Assembly: GCF_018977255.1 (NCBI RefSeq)
Contig: NW_024704743.1
Coordinates: 110,982,001-111,046,000, forward strand
From: Callorhinchus milii
Lineage: Eukaryota
Direction: 5' to 3'
DNA length: 64,000 bases
A program made the position numbers and the translations under genes. The notes beneath the pieces were generated by a model, which ran no database searches, had not been told where the DNA came from, and was given only the letters and a program-made list of their open reading frames with translations. Below are positions 1-10,730 of this stretch, piece after piece; position 1 is the first letter of the stretch; each line of letters begins with the position of its first letter.

Positions 1-1024
1 ATTATGGCCAAAAAACAATTATTCTTTAGCAAAAACTGGGTGGCCCATTTGGGAGGTCTGAAGGGCCTGGAGATCTGCCAAAAAACAGACACTTGGGACC
101 AGTGTCCTGATTGCAGGGCTACACAAGCTCACCACCTCCTGCCACTCAGGGCCCAGCACCACACACAGACCCAGAGACCCACAGCGAGACACACACGCGC
201 AGACACAGAGAGAGACGCACACCTTCAGAGACGCAAGTGCACACACGTGCACAAACGTACACACAGAGCAGAGACACACTCGCGTAGAGACTTACAAACG
301 CATCTAGAGGAGAGACACACTCGTATGGAGACACTCACAAACAAGCGCATGCATGTCCGGAGCTGCTCCGCCCACAGTAGCATTGGGTAAACAGCTGGCA
401 GCAGTGCAAGAGACCCGGGTGCCAGAAACATAATTTTTTTAGTGTGTTTTTTTAGCGGAGGGCGTTCTTTTATAGTGGATTCCGTGAGGAAATTGCGGCT
501 GCACTTTTCTATTTTCCCAGGTCATTACTAAATTGCTTTGGAAATATAAAAGTGGAAAATATAAAATTGAATGTTTAGTTTACAGATGGCAGAAGTCCCA
601 TTCTTGTTTTCTTAACCCAAAGGGAATCACCCTAACATTTAGACAAGTTGAATCCGTTTTTTTGTGCAATAAATAGTTAGGCAGAGAATTGCATACCAGG
701 ATTTTAAACTTGGGTCAAAATATTTTTTTTACAGTTTTTTCCTCTGTATTATGTTTCATTAAACTAATTTGTTTTGTTAACAAAAACAGTTCTGATTTTT
801 TAAAAAAAAATTGCATATGTCAATTGTCTTATTATTAAATAAAACTGCTAGTAATGTATCTGCTAGTAATATGTAGTAACTCTTGTGATAAAATAGTTGA
901 CTATTTCTGAATATCTGAGCGGTTTGGGCATATACATCACTTTTCTGCAAACGCTGAAGCTTTAGATTATTTGCTTTAAAATAAAATGTTTGCTTTTCTT
1001 TATGCTCACAATGGCTTGCTGCAG

Positions 1025-1051
1025 ATTACATGCTTTTTCACATTCTTTTAG
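1025..1051 (+). CDS. TPD52: TPD52 27-nt cassette microexon, encodes (K)LHAFSHSF(S)
   Basis: gcag|ATTACATGCTTTTTCACATTCTTTTAG|gtaag; frame-preserving; resembles the recalled TPD52 long-isoform insert LQAFSHSFS. Confidence 0.85.
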   Translation: MTCFFTFF

Positions 1052-1270
1052 GTAAGATCAGCTTTGAAACTTTGAAGTAACATTCAATTAATCTAACTGT
1101 AAATAGAAATGTCACTTTAAAAACTCTTTTTAAAAAGGAAGTTTGACATGTTTAGCCATTTAATTGCATTGCCAAGTACATGCTACTTCTTCCTGCTTGT
1201 CTGTCTCTAATAAATAAAGATTGTATTTTTTAAACTAACTTCTGCTATTTCCTTAATGCTGGCGGATTAG

Positions 1271-1312
1271 CATTCATTCGATACGTCATTCAATTAGTAT
1301 GCCTGTTATGAG
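1271..1312 (+). CDS. TPD52: TPD52 42-nt cassette exon, (S)IHSIRHSISMPVM(R)
   Basis: ttag|CATT...ATGAG|gtaatg; D52-family HSISMP insert; phase 2-2, in frame with both neighbours. Confidence 0.9.
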
Positions 1313-2450
1313 GTAATGTATTACAATACATTAAACTGGTTATTATTGCTTTCTTCATTGCGAATGTTCTTGTTTGTTGCTGCCAAACTCCCTATAGTAT
1401 CGTTTTGTGAATTGAATAATGAGTAAATTAGAATGACCACTCAGTCATCTGGTATTCATGAATTTAAAATTTGTTTAAGGTAGCTACAACAATTTCAGGG
1501 AAATTACCAAATGCTTTCTTTACAAATGTATAACCTCTTGCTTATTCAGATGGAATTTAAGGATCCATGGCACCCTTGGAAAAGAGAAGGGATTTTCTCC
1601 CCTCTGTCTCTTCAGAGGCAATTAACCTTATGGCTGGTTGTGGGATCTTGCTGGTGCAAATAGTTCCCATATTTACCTTGACTAATTTTCAATATGATGA
1701 GGTGCTTCATTGGAATAGTGTAGTGGGATGCATGCTCATGCCTGCATTGCTCCATGAAATCTGTTGCTGATATCAACTGAATTGTTAAATCGAAGATCTT
1801 TTTTTCTACCTCCTGCTAGCAGTCTTGACCTGTATTTTAAATTCCTTGGTTCCCCCCCACCCCTGAACATTGGGACACTTGACTGTGACCATCACTCTGC
1901 TTCAACTACTATTGGAATTTTGGTACTGAGAATTGTAAAGGTGCTGAGAAATTATTCAGGCAACCATGTTAAGATAGAATACAGTATGGATCCCAAGAAA
2001 GCAACTGCCCTAAATTGCAAGAAAATCTGTTAAATAACATAACCAATAATCAAATGGATCAATTTTCTGTTTGAATGGAAGTAATTTACTTAAGTGCATT
2101 TTCAGTGGCATGTTTATTCATAGTTTTCTGTTTCATAACTATCTAAATTGTACAGTGCAATGAGTGTTGTATTTGGTTTGTTTTTGTTTTAAGCAATGCA
2201 TGACAAAATGCTGATGTATTCTTGTGTTGAATATGATCCTGTCTCGTTTGCCTCACCTATAGTGGATTTGATTACCAGCACTGTTGGTAACAGATTCAGC
2301 AACAAAACCATTTTTATCTTAACCCTTTTAGTGCTTCATGAAATTGCACGTTAGTGACTTATTTATTTTTTGTTAACTGGGTGGAGTGGAAAAATGTGCC
2401 CCCAGTTTTATGTATTCTGTAGACATTTAACTTGTTTTTTTTCTGTTTAG

Positions 2451-2499
2451 AAATTCTCCTGCTTTCAAATCATTTGAAGAGAGAGTTGAAAACCTAAAG
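2451..2499 (+). CDS. TPD52: TPD52 penultimate coding exon, (R)NSPAFKSFEERVENLK
   Basis: Pyrimidine tract + ag at 2449-2450, gtaag donor at 2500; D52 signature NSPxFKSFEExV. Confidence 0.95.
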
Positions 2500-2799
2500 G
2501 TAAGAGTCTGTTTATTTTAAATTACACTGTATATATCTGTCTATACTTGGTGGTGGGTGAGGAAAACTTCTACTGTAAACTGGAAACAAAATCTCTTTTA
2601 GAAATGCTAAGTTTTAATCTCTAATTTGTCTGCTCATTTCACAAGTCTAACTTTTCTCTATTACAGCTTCATATTCATGTTATGGGAAGGGAATTATCAA
2701 TTCACTTAACACAGTTATTACTTCACCTCGTTATTTTGAAATGTGAAATATATCTCCTCTCCCCCCCACCCCAGTCATCTAGTGTTTCTATTTTCTTGT

Positions 2800-3050
2800 C
2801 GCACGGACCCTCCGCCCCACAATCGGTGGCCGTGTTTTCAGCCAATATGCCCCGAAACTGAGGAACTGTCTTCCTTATCGCTTCACCTTGCCCCCACTCT
2901 CACCATTTTCAGGTTGCGCTTGAAGACCTTCCTCTTCGACTGTGCCTACGGTCACCTTCCCACTGGCTCGGCATTGGGCTCCACCACTGTTAAGCGCTCC
3001 GAGACACTGCCCGGCATGAAGGGTGCTATATAAATGCAAGTTGTTGTTGA
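2800..3050 (+). mobile_element. L2 LINE 3' end
   Basis: LRL-KTFLF-type ORF end followed by GGTGCTATATAAATGCAAG(TTG)n tail. Confidence 0.8.
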
Positions 3051-3449
3051 CGACAATAGGCCTGGTTTTCTTAACACATCTCCTAGGTAACCTCTAAAGC
3101 GTAGAATTGTTCAGTTTGTGTTGCCTTTCCCTTCACTGTTTCCAGGGGTAAGCATTTTCAACATGAAAAAGTGCCATGAGGTTTGTTGAACTTCAGCTGA
3201 GTTTTTTTTAGGTTATTGAACAAAATGCCCATTGACAGTATAATGATTTAATATAAGTCTTGTGGAATCTAATGCAATTTGCGTCCTAATTTTGATGGGT
3301 TTGTTATAACATTACAGTAATGGGATTTACATGATTCTATTTAACTCTTTCACATTGTACTGCAGCAATACATTTTATTGCACTCATCACAATTCTGCTC
3401 ACTTTCTCTTCCCCCTTCCATTTTCTTCCCTTTTCAATTTTCTTTGCAG

Positions 3450-3572
3450 TTTAAGACCTCTACTAACAAGGACGGAGGAGGTGATTTTGGTGAAGTTCTA
3501 AACTCTGCAGCATGTGCAAGTGCCACAGAGACCATCACAGAAGAGAAGGCTTCAGATCAAGAGGCTGATTAA
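3450..3572 (+). CDS. TPD52: TPD52 last coding exon, FKTSTNKDGGGDFGEVLNSAACASATETITEEKASDQEAD*
   Basis: Long pyrimidine tract + cag; GGDFGEVLNSAA matches the TPD52 C-terminus; TAA stop. Confidence 0.93.
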   Translation, partial: FKTSTNKDGGGDFGEVLNSAACASATETITEEKASDQEAD

Positions 3573-4670
3573 AATGCTGTTTCTTATATTTGGTTATTGT
3601 TGGGTATGTTACAACTAAAATCAAGCACATTGTAATCGTTGCAAATAATGGCTCTTCACCCTCCCCGTCAGTTGTGCAAATAGTATGTCACATTCCTGTA
3701 ATACTGTATATCTTGCATTTATTGGCTCGCAAGTTGTGGTTGGGTTATTTGGTTCACCGAGTTCCCATTTAACTCCTTGCTCCCCTCTGCAATTTTTTTA
3801 TTTTACATGGAATATTTTTGGTGAGAACAGCCTTCCAAAAAGAGCACAAGGTTTTTAATAACTATTTGACAGCCACAGCCTATTTATTATGCCAAAGAAA
3901 ACTCCAAACTTGATTAACACCCTTAATATGCGGTTGGGATGAATTAATTTTCACATCCTTCTTTAATGTGATTGATTCTGTCATTATTGGCTTTACAGTG
4001 TCGATTCTAATATTGCACAGTGTGCATCTGGTAACCAATGGGCCAAGTCATGGGTCAGCTTAAAAGTCAGTGACTACTGTTTTATTTAAGTTTATTTTAA
4101 GAATTACTCTGTGTTGAAAGCACTCAAGTAGTAAGTTTGTGGAAATCTGCTGTTAAGACCTTTTTCACTTTAAATATGACTGGTAGAGTATAGTATTGTA
4201 GTAAAACACCATCTGATGTTGTCTTTAGATTTTTTTGATTGGTTCTGTTGCTGTAAAAAATCCCTTCATGTACTTTTAAGAGATGGGGTTGAGTGTTTCC
4301 TTGTATAAGGGCTCTTAAGATTTTGTTTGGGATTAGTCTTCAGTTTCCATCAATGGGAAGTGGCTAAATACACACTTTTTGCTTCTCTTTGTTACATGTT
4401 CATAGTTTGTAGCAGTTGGGGTTCAGAGTTTTGGGTCTGACTAAAGACCAAGTGAACAGATGGAATTGACTAAAAATGTCATTAATGGATAGTTGGAATA
4501 TATTTCTGAGGTTCATAAGTTCAATGTTAACCTGGTAAAAATGTGCTTTGTTTACTTGAGTAAACCAGATGAAACACTGTACAATCACAGAACTTGTGTT
4601 ACTTGGTTTGTTCTGTTGAAGTAACTTTTAATAAACATTGCTGATAATAAAATTGATATTTGAAAATGAT
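3573..4670 (+). other. TPD52: Probable TPD52 3' UTR
   Basis: Repeat-free AU-rich stretch after the stop codon, ending at paired AATAAA; exact end inferred. Confidence 0.65.
4630..4651 (+). terminator. Tandem AATAAA polyadenylation signals (4630-4635, 4646-4651)
   Basis: Two canonical hexamers followed by a GT/T-rich tract near 4677-4686. Confidence 0.65.
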
Positions 4671-5145
4671 TCTCAAGGTTTTGTTCAGATAATTGCAGAA
4701 ACAAATCTTTTACTGAAACAAGTTATACCCTCTATGCTTAGGGATCAGGGAGGAAGAGAAGATGAACTTAAATTTAATGGTTGATTATAAATTGACAGAT
4801 CTATTTATAATTAGCTCTTTATTCCACATGACCCAAAACTTTTCTACACTAGAAACAGGACAAGGCCATTGAACCAGTTCTATTTTCATCTAACCACTAT
4901 TTCTCTATCTTTTTCCCTATACAGTATCTCACTTCCCAAATAGCTCTTGTCACTTAACACCCTGACTTCCAAAAATCTTAATTATATTAATAAACATCCC
5001 AATTGCTTCTGCTGGTGGCAGTGGTGTCAAATCTATCATGAAAAGATGTGTAAACTTATTTGTATTTTCTAGTGAAATGTAATAAATACAATACAGTACT
5101 AAAATCTCTCTGCTGTCCTGGAGTCATCTGAACGCCTACCCTGTA

Positions 5146-5447
5146 GGAGTCCTGTAGCTCAGTGGTTAGAGCACTCGCTTTGTAAGCGAGAGACCTGAGT
5201 TCAATTCCAGGCAGAGGGCGAAACCTTGGGCAAGTTTCCTTACTCCACACAGAGCCTAATAATAATCCCTCCAAAACAAAAACAATAATAAATTGGTCAT
5301 TTTCAATCTACGACTGTTTGTGGGACATTGCTGTGCGCAATTGGCTGCCGCGTTTGCCCACAAATATACTGTGTGTTCTGTGAAGCACTTTGGGACGTCC
5401 TCCCGAAGTGAAAAGTGCTATATCAAATGCAAGGATTATTATTATTA
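5146..5447 (+). mobile_element. Young tRNA-headed Deu-domain SINE (short variant)
   Basis: A box TAGCTCAGTGG, B box GAGTTCAATTCC, Deu-like GGGACATTGCTGTGCGCAATTGGCTGCCGCG, L2-like tail ending (ATT)n; near-identical copies elsewhere in window. Confidence 0.9.
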
Positions 5448-6470
5448 CCCCTCCCGCACTGATATATCCTCACTTTCCTCCACAACTCCCTCTCCTCCAC
5501 TTTTGATGCTCTTGCCCGTCTCACCTCCCGAACTGCCTCCTCATGAACCTCACTCCCTCAAGGGTCAGGTGTGGGCCGCCGAACGCACCTGGCTCAAGTC
5601 TGACCTAACAGTCCACCAGTAGATCTGGCTGGAGCGCATCAAAACGTACCACTCCACCCTCGCCACTGCCAAATTATCCTTCTACTCCATGATCATCTTG
5701 GAGGTGAAGAACAAGCCCCAGCTCCTATTTTCCACCACCAACCGGCTCCTCCATCCACCCTCCCACGCCTCACCCAATCTCTCCTTGCGCCAGTGCCTCT
5801 GCACCTCAGGCACTGGCAGCATCAGCATCCATGGTTACACACTCCACCTCATCAAGTCAGTGAGGAACCTGGGAGTCTTGTTCGACTCAACTGTCTTTTC
5901 AACCCCATATCCGTACCATGACCCCCCTCCCCACCCGCAAGATTGTTGGCTTACGGAGCCTGAAACGGGAGAGGACATGAGGTGCAGAGTTCTGGATGAT
6001 CTGCAGTTTATGGAGGGAAGAGTTGGGGAGCCAACAAAGGGAGTTTCCATAGTCAAGCCTTGAGGTGACGGATGCGTGTATGAGAGCTTCAGCGGCCTGA
6101 GGGGTGAAGCAGTGGCGGAGTCAAGCAATGTTGCGGCGGTGGGGGAAGGCAGAGGGGGTCATGGTACGGATATGGGGTTGAAACCCCATCCTCAGAGCAT
6201 AGAATTGAAAATCCTTGTCCTCACTTTCAAGGCCCTTCACAGCCTTGCCCCCTCCTACATCTCTGACCTGCTGACCTCCCATCAACCTGTCTGCTCCCTT
6301 TGCTCAGTGGGCTCTGGCCTACTCCATGTCTCCCGTCCAACCCACCCTGCCATCGGCGGCCGGGCTTTCAGCATCTCTGCCCTCACTCTTTGGAACTCCA
6401 TGCCACAAACAATTTACCTTGCTCCCTCCCTTGCCTCCTTCAAGGCGTTACTCAAGACCTTTTTGACCGT
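5448..6470 (+). mobile_element. Rearranged L2 fragment with internally inverted block (about 5950-6183)
   Basis: L2 ORF2 peptides VRNLGVLFD and KILVLTFKALH on +, TLPSINCRSS block on -. Confidence 0.8.
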
Positions 6471-7050
6471 AGTCATGCCTTGAGGTGCGTAACCCATCTG
6501 CCGGACGAGGTGGAGGATGTGAAGCAGGCCAGAGCCTGCTGAGTGATGGAGTGGGCAGGATGGTACGTGATTAAGAGGTTGCAGAGACAAGGGGGAGCAA
6601 GGCCATGGAGGGCTTTGAAGGTGAGGACCGGAATCTTGAACTGTGTGATGGGAAACCAGTGGAGTTGGGCAAGGATGGGGGTGATAGGATCGTGAAGCCC
6701 AGTGTGGGAGAGGACACGGGCTGCAGAGTTCTGGATGATCTGCAGCCTGTGGAGGGAGGAGTTGGGGAGGCCGACAAGCAATGAGTTTGCATTGTCAAGC
6801 CTCGATATAATGAATGCTTGTATGAGAGTTTTGGTGGCTTGTGGTGTGAGACAGTGGCGGAGCCGGGTGACGTTCCGGAGGTGGGGCAAGGCAGAGCAGA
6901 TCATGGTGCAGATGTGGGGTAGAAAAGATAGTTGAGGGTCAAAAAGACCCCAAGGTTGTGGACTGGCTTAGCAAGGTAGAGTGTGCAATCCTGGATGGTG
7001 ATGCCTGAGGTGAGGAGGTGCTGACGGGAGCCAATTAGGAGAGTCTCGGT
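6470..7050 (-). mobile_element. L2 ORF2 C-terminal fragment
   Basis: LIQAFIISRLDNANSLLVGLP...IQNSAARVL...LHWFPI motifs. Confidence 0.88.
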
Positions 7051-7184
7051 CAATATTTCTGAATTGTGTCCAGGAGAGAGGATCACAAGTGAGGGAGAGG
7101 CACACATTGAACAAGTGACATTTGTTGGATGGCAATGACTATTTCTTCGGATATTTTTTTTCAACTAGAGGTTGCGCGAGCGAA

Positions 7185-7410
7185 TCAACAACATCAATTT
7201 GCATCGCCGCTGGCTCAGGATTGGGTCCCAGAGCGCTTGACAGTGGCAGAGGACGAACGCAGAGCCGGGGGATGGTGACTAGACACGGACGAAGAGGAAG
7301 GTCTTCAGGTGTGACCTAAGGAGGGTGGGGGGGAGCACGGCAGAGGCATAGAGTTCCAGAGTTTCGGGGAGCAGTGGCTAATAACGTGGCCACCAACGGT
7401 GGAACGGAGG
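7185..7410 (-). mobile_element. Decayed L2 3' end
   Basis: Reverse complement resembles the tail at 2800-3050. Confidence 0.6.
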
Positions 7411-7519
7411 GTAAGGATCCAGTGGAGAGCTGATACCTGAAGGGCCACAGGGGTAGGCAGACTGGACATGGCTCCCCAACTTGTTCTGAGAACCCAGTGA
7501 CCAGCCTCTGGCTGTGGCT

Positions 7520-7950
7520 GAGCAGGATATTGCTATGCTGACTGCCGCCTGCGGGGGGCGCTGCGGCCGCGGTGAAAGCGGCTGGTGGTGGCGGCGCTGT
7601 TGCTATGGTGACTCCGGCCAGTGGTTGCTATGGTGACTCCGGCCTGTGGGGGGCGCTCTCCCGGGGGTTGGCAGCTCCCGGGCCGGCGTCTGGGCGTCAT
7701 GGCGGCGGCGTGGAGGCACTGGGGCCGGGCGGCGCTGTGGAGGAGGCCGGGCCTGGGCCTGGGCCGGAGTCAGGGACTCGCGCTGCGGGCGGCCGGTGTG
7801 CAGAGCGGTGACCGGGGCGGGGAGAGCCAGGACCGGGACCAGGACCGGGACCAGCGCAGCGGCTTCGCTGTGGCCTTCGAACTGCACTCGGACCTGCAGA
7901 GACAGGGAGAGGGGCCGGCGGCCGGCAGCGAGGTGAGAGGAACTCGGTCA
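7520..7950 (+). promoter_or_regulatory. MRPS28: CpG-island promoter and first exon region of MRPS28
   Basis: Only strongly GC/CpG-rich non-repeat segment in the window; contains GTTGCTATGGTGAC twice (7599-7612, 7624-7637). Confidence 0.85.
7699..7932 (+). CDS. MRPS28: MRPS28 exon 1 (Arg/Ala-rich mitochondrial presequence-like N-terminus ... SGFAVAFELHSDLQRQGEGPAAGSE)
   Basis: gtcATGG Kozak context; GFAxAxExHSxL matches recalled MRPS28 GGFASALERHSELL; GAG|gtgaga donor, phase 0, joins exon 2 in frame. Confidence 0.9.
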
Positions 7951-9097
7951 CCCCCCCCCCCCCCCACAGCCAGAGCATTCCCCCCCCCCCCCCCCCCCCA
8001 CAGCCAGAGCATTCACCCCCCCCCACAGCCAGAGCATTCACCCCCCCCCCCACAGCCAGAGCATTCACCCCCCCCCACAGCCAGAGCATTCACCCCCCCC
8101 ACAGCCAGAGCATTCCCCCCCCCCCCACACAGCCAGAGCATTCACCCCCCCCCCCCACCCCCCCCACACAGCCAGAGCATTCACCCCCCCCCCCCCCCAC
8201 ACAGCCAGAGCATTCACCCCCCCACACAGCCAGAGCATTCACCCCCCCACCCCCCCCCACAGCCAGAGCATTCACTCCCCCCCCCACAGCCAGAGCATTC
8301 ACCCCCCCCCCACAGCCAGAGCATTCACCCCCCCCCACAGCCAGAGCATTCACCCCCCCCCCCCCCACAAGCCAGAGCATTCACCCCCCCCCCCACAGCC
8401 AGAGCATTCACCCCCCCCACAGCCAGAGCATTTCACCCCCCCCCCCACAGCCAGAGCATTCACCCCCCCACAGCCAGAGCATTCACCCCCCCCCCCCACA
8501 CAGCCAGAGCATTCACCCCCCCCCCACACAGCCAGAGCATTCACCCCCCCCCCCACAGCCAGAGCATTCACCCCCCCCCCCCACAGCCAGAGCATTCACC
8601 CCCCCCCCCAGCCATTCACCCCCCCCCCCCCAGCCAGAGCATTCACCCCCCCACAGCCAGAGCATTCACCCCCCCCACACAGCCAGAGCATTCACCCCCC
8701 CCCACACAGCCAGAGCATTCAACCCCCCCCACACAGCCAGAGCATTCACCCCCCCCCCACAGCCAGAGCATTCACCCCCCCCCCGCCATTCCCCCCCCCC
8801 ACAGCCAGAGCATTCCCCCCCCCACAGCCAGAGCATTCACCCCCCACAGCCAGAGCATTCACCCCCCCCCCACAGCCAGAGCATTCACCCCCCCCCCACA
8901 GCCAGAGCATTCCCCCCCCCACAGCCAGAGCATTCACCCCCCCCAGCCATTCACCCCCCCCCCAGCCAGAGCATTCCCCCCCCACCCACCCCCAGCCAGA
9001 GCATTCACCCCCCCCCCAGCCAGAGCATTCACACACACCCCCCCACCCCCCCCAGCCAGAGCATTCGCACCCCCCCCCCACAGCCAGAGCATTCACA
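7949..9097 (+). repeat. Minisatellite (Cn)ACAGCCAGAGCATTCA, about 40 copies with variable C-runs
   Basis: Hand count of about 40 GCCAGAGCATT cores plus 3 shortened GCCATT variants. Confidence 0.97.
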
Positions 9098-9376
9098 TGC
9101 CCGTCCCCTCCCCAACCTGTCCATTGATAGCTCCATCGCTTACAATTGTAAAATCTTTGCAAAAAGGAGACAATGTTTTTGTCATGTATGTATTAAAGGG
9201 AAAAAAGGTAGGTTTTTTATTGAAACAATACTGTGTACAGTGTTTCTAAACTGAACTTCCCTGTAATAATCACCTGGATTGTGAAAATCTCCTTAGTTAT
9301 TTGGTCAGTAGTGATGTAGGTTAGGAGGAGAAGCTAGTTCCAGGGTGGCTCCATTTAGTTTAACCAACAGCAACTT

Positions 9377-9685
9377 AATAATAATAATAATTCTTGCATT
9401 TGATATAGCGCTTTTCTCGACGTCTTTAAGCGCTTCACAGAACAGACTGTAAAGTGAATTGACTGTATATTTGTGGGCGAACGCGGCAGCCAATTGCGCA
9501 CAGCAATGTCCCACAAACAGTCGTGGATTGAAAATGACCAATTTATTATTGTTTTTTGTTTTGGAGGGATTATTATTAGGCTCTGTGTGGAGTAAGGAAA
9601 CTTACCCAAGGTTTCGCCCTGTCTGGAATTGAACCCAGGTGTCTCGCTTGTAAAGTGAGTGCTCTAACCACTGAGCTACAGAACT
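9377..9685 (-). mobile_element. Young tRNA/Deu SINE nested in an L2 tail (L2 continues to about 9805)
   Basis: Reverse complement of the 5146 copy; CAACTT duplicated at 9371-9376 and 9686-9691. Confidence 0.9.
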
Positions 9686-10299
9686 CAACTTGCATTTATA
9701 TAGCGCCCCTCACATAGAGTAACAACCCAGCGTGCTTGGCAGTGGTGGAGCATGATGCCGAGCCGGGGGGAGGTGACCAGTCCAAGAGGAAGGTCTTCAG
9801 GCATCAATAATAATCCCTCCAAAAAACAAAACAATAATAAATTGGTCATATTCAATCCACGACTGTTTGTGGGACACTGCTGAGCACAATTGGCTGCCGC
9901 ATTTCATATGGGAGTTGGTAGTTGAGAGGGAGGTGGGAGTAATCGGGGAAAAGGATTATAGGGAGGGAGGAGTGGTAGGGGCCACGGTGGAAGAAGCAGG
10001 TGGTTAGATGATCTGGGGTTGCCGAGGGGAGCGTAGGGGAGGAGGATGCAGCCAAGCTGATATATTTTCAAAGTTTGACACAAAGAAGTCTAGGACCTCA
10101 TTGCATTTGGAACCTGCATAGACCTGGAGCCAATCTTAACGCAACTGATCCCAGGAAAATGTAGTGTAACCAAAGATTATACAGTGAGATTCACTAAAAC
10201 CCCAACTAACTAATACAGTGAGCTGAAATTTCCTGTTTTTTTTAATCAATGCTGGCTTTTTTCAGTGTCGAAAAATGCTGGTACCGGCATTGTAATTGT

Positions 10300-10730
10300 T
10301 TGAATACATCACACTGGTACTTGGCAACCTCCACTGGCTCCCTATCGTAGAACAGAACGACTTCAAGATCCTCACACTCGTCTACAAATCTCTTCATGCC
10401 CTGGCCCCCCCCTACCTCACCAACCTTCTTACTCCCTACTCTGCCACCTCCGCTCAGCTGTCTTTGGTCTTCTGCTCATCCCTTGTCCGCTTCACTCCAC
10501 CATTGATGGCTCTGCATTCAGCCACTATGCTCCGGAAACTTTGAAACTCTCTCCCTCAATCCCACCGCCTTGCCTCTTCCTCCCTATTTTCAGATCACAC
10601 CTGGTATTTCCTCTTTGACCTGCTTACAGTCGTCTCTTCCCCTTCCACGGCTCGGCATCAGGCTCTGCCACTTTTAAGTGCTGGACGTTACCCTGAGTGA
10701 GGAGCACTATATATATATAGTTTTTGTTGA
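10300..10730 (+). mobile_element. L2 3' fragment
   Basis: ITLVLGNLHWLPI...FKILTLVYKSLHALAPPYL plus tail. Confidence 0.85.

Noticed and set aside
4..431. Overlapping ORFs on both strands
   Set aside because: Artefact of CA/GA low complexity
5146..5220. tRNA genes (also 9610-9685, 18127, 21920, 42540-42616)
   Set aside because: SINE heads: anticodon differs among copies, acceptor stem is poor, each continues into the SINE body
7949..9097. CRISPR-like repeat-spacer appearance
   Set aside because: Spacers are only C homopolymers, no cas genes, vertebrate intron
7621..9249. 542-aa extensin-like proline-rich ORF
   Set aside because: It is MRPS28 exon 1 read through its donor into a stop-free minisatellite; the reading frame wanders with C-run length
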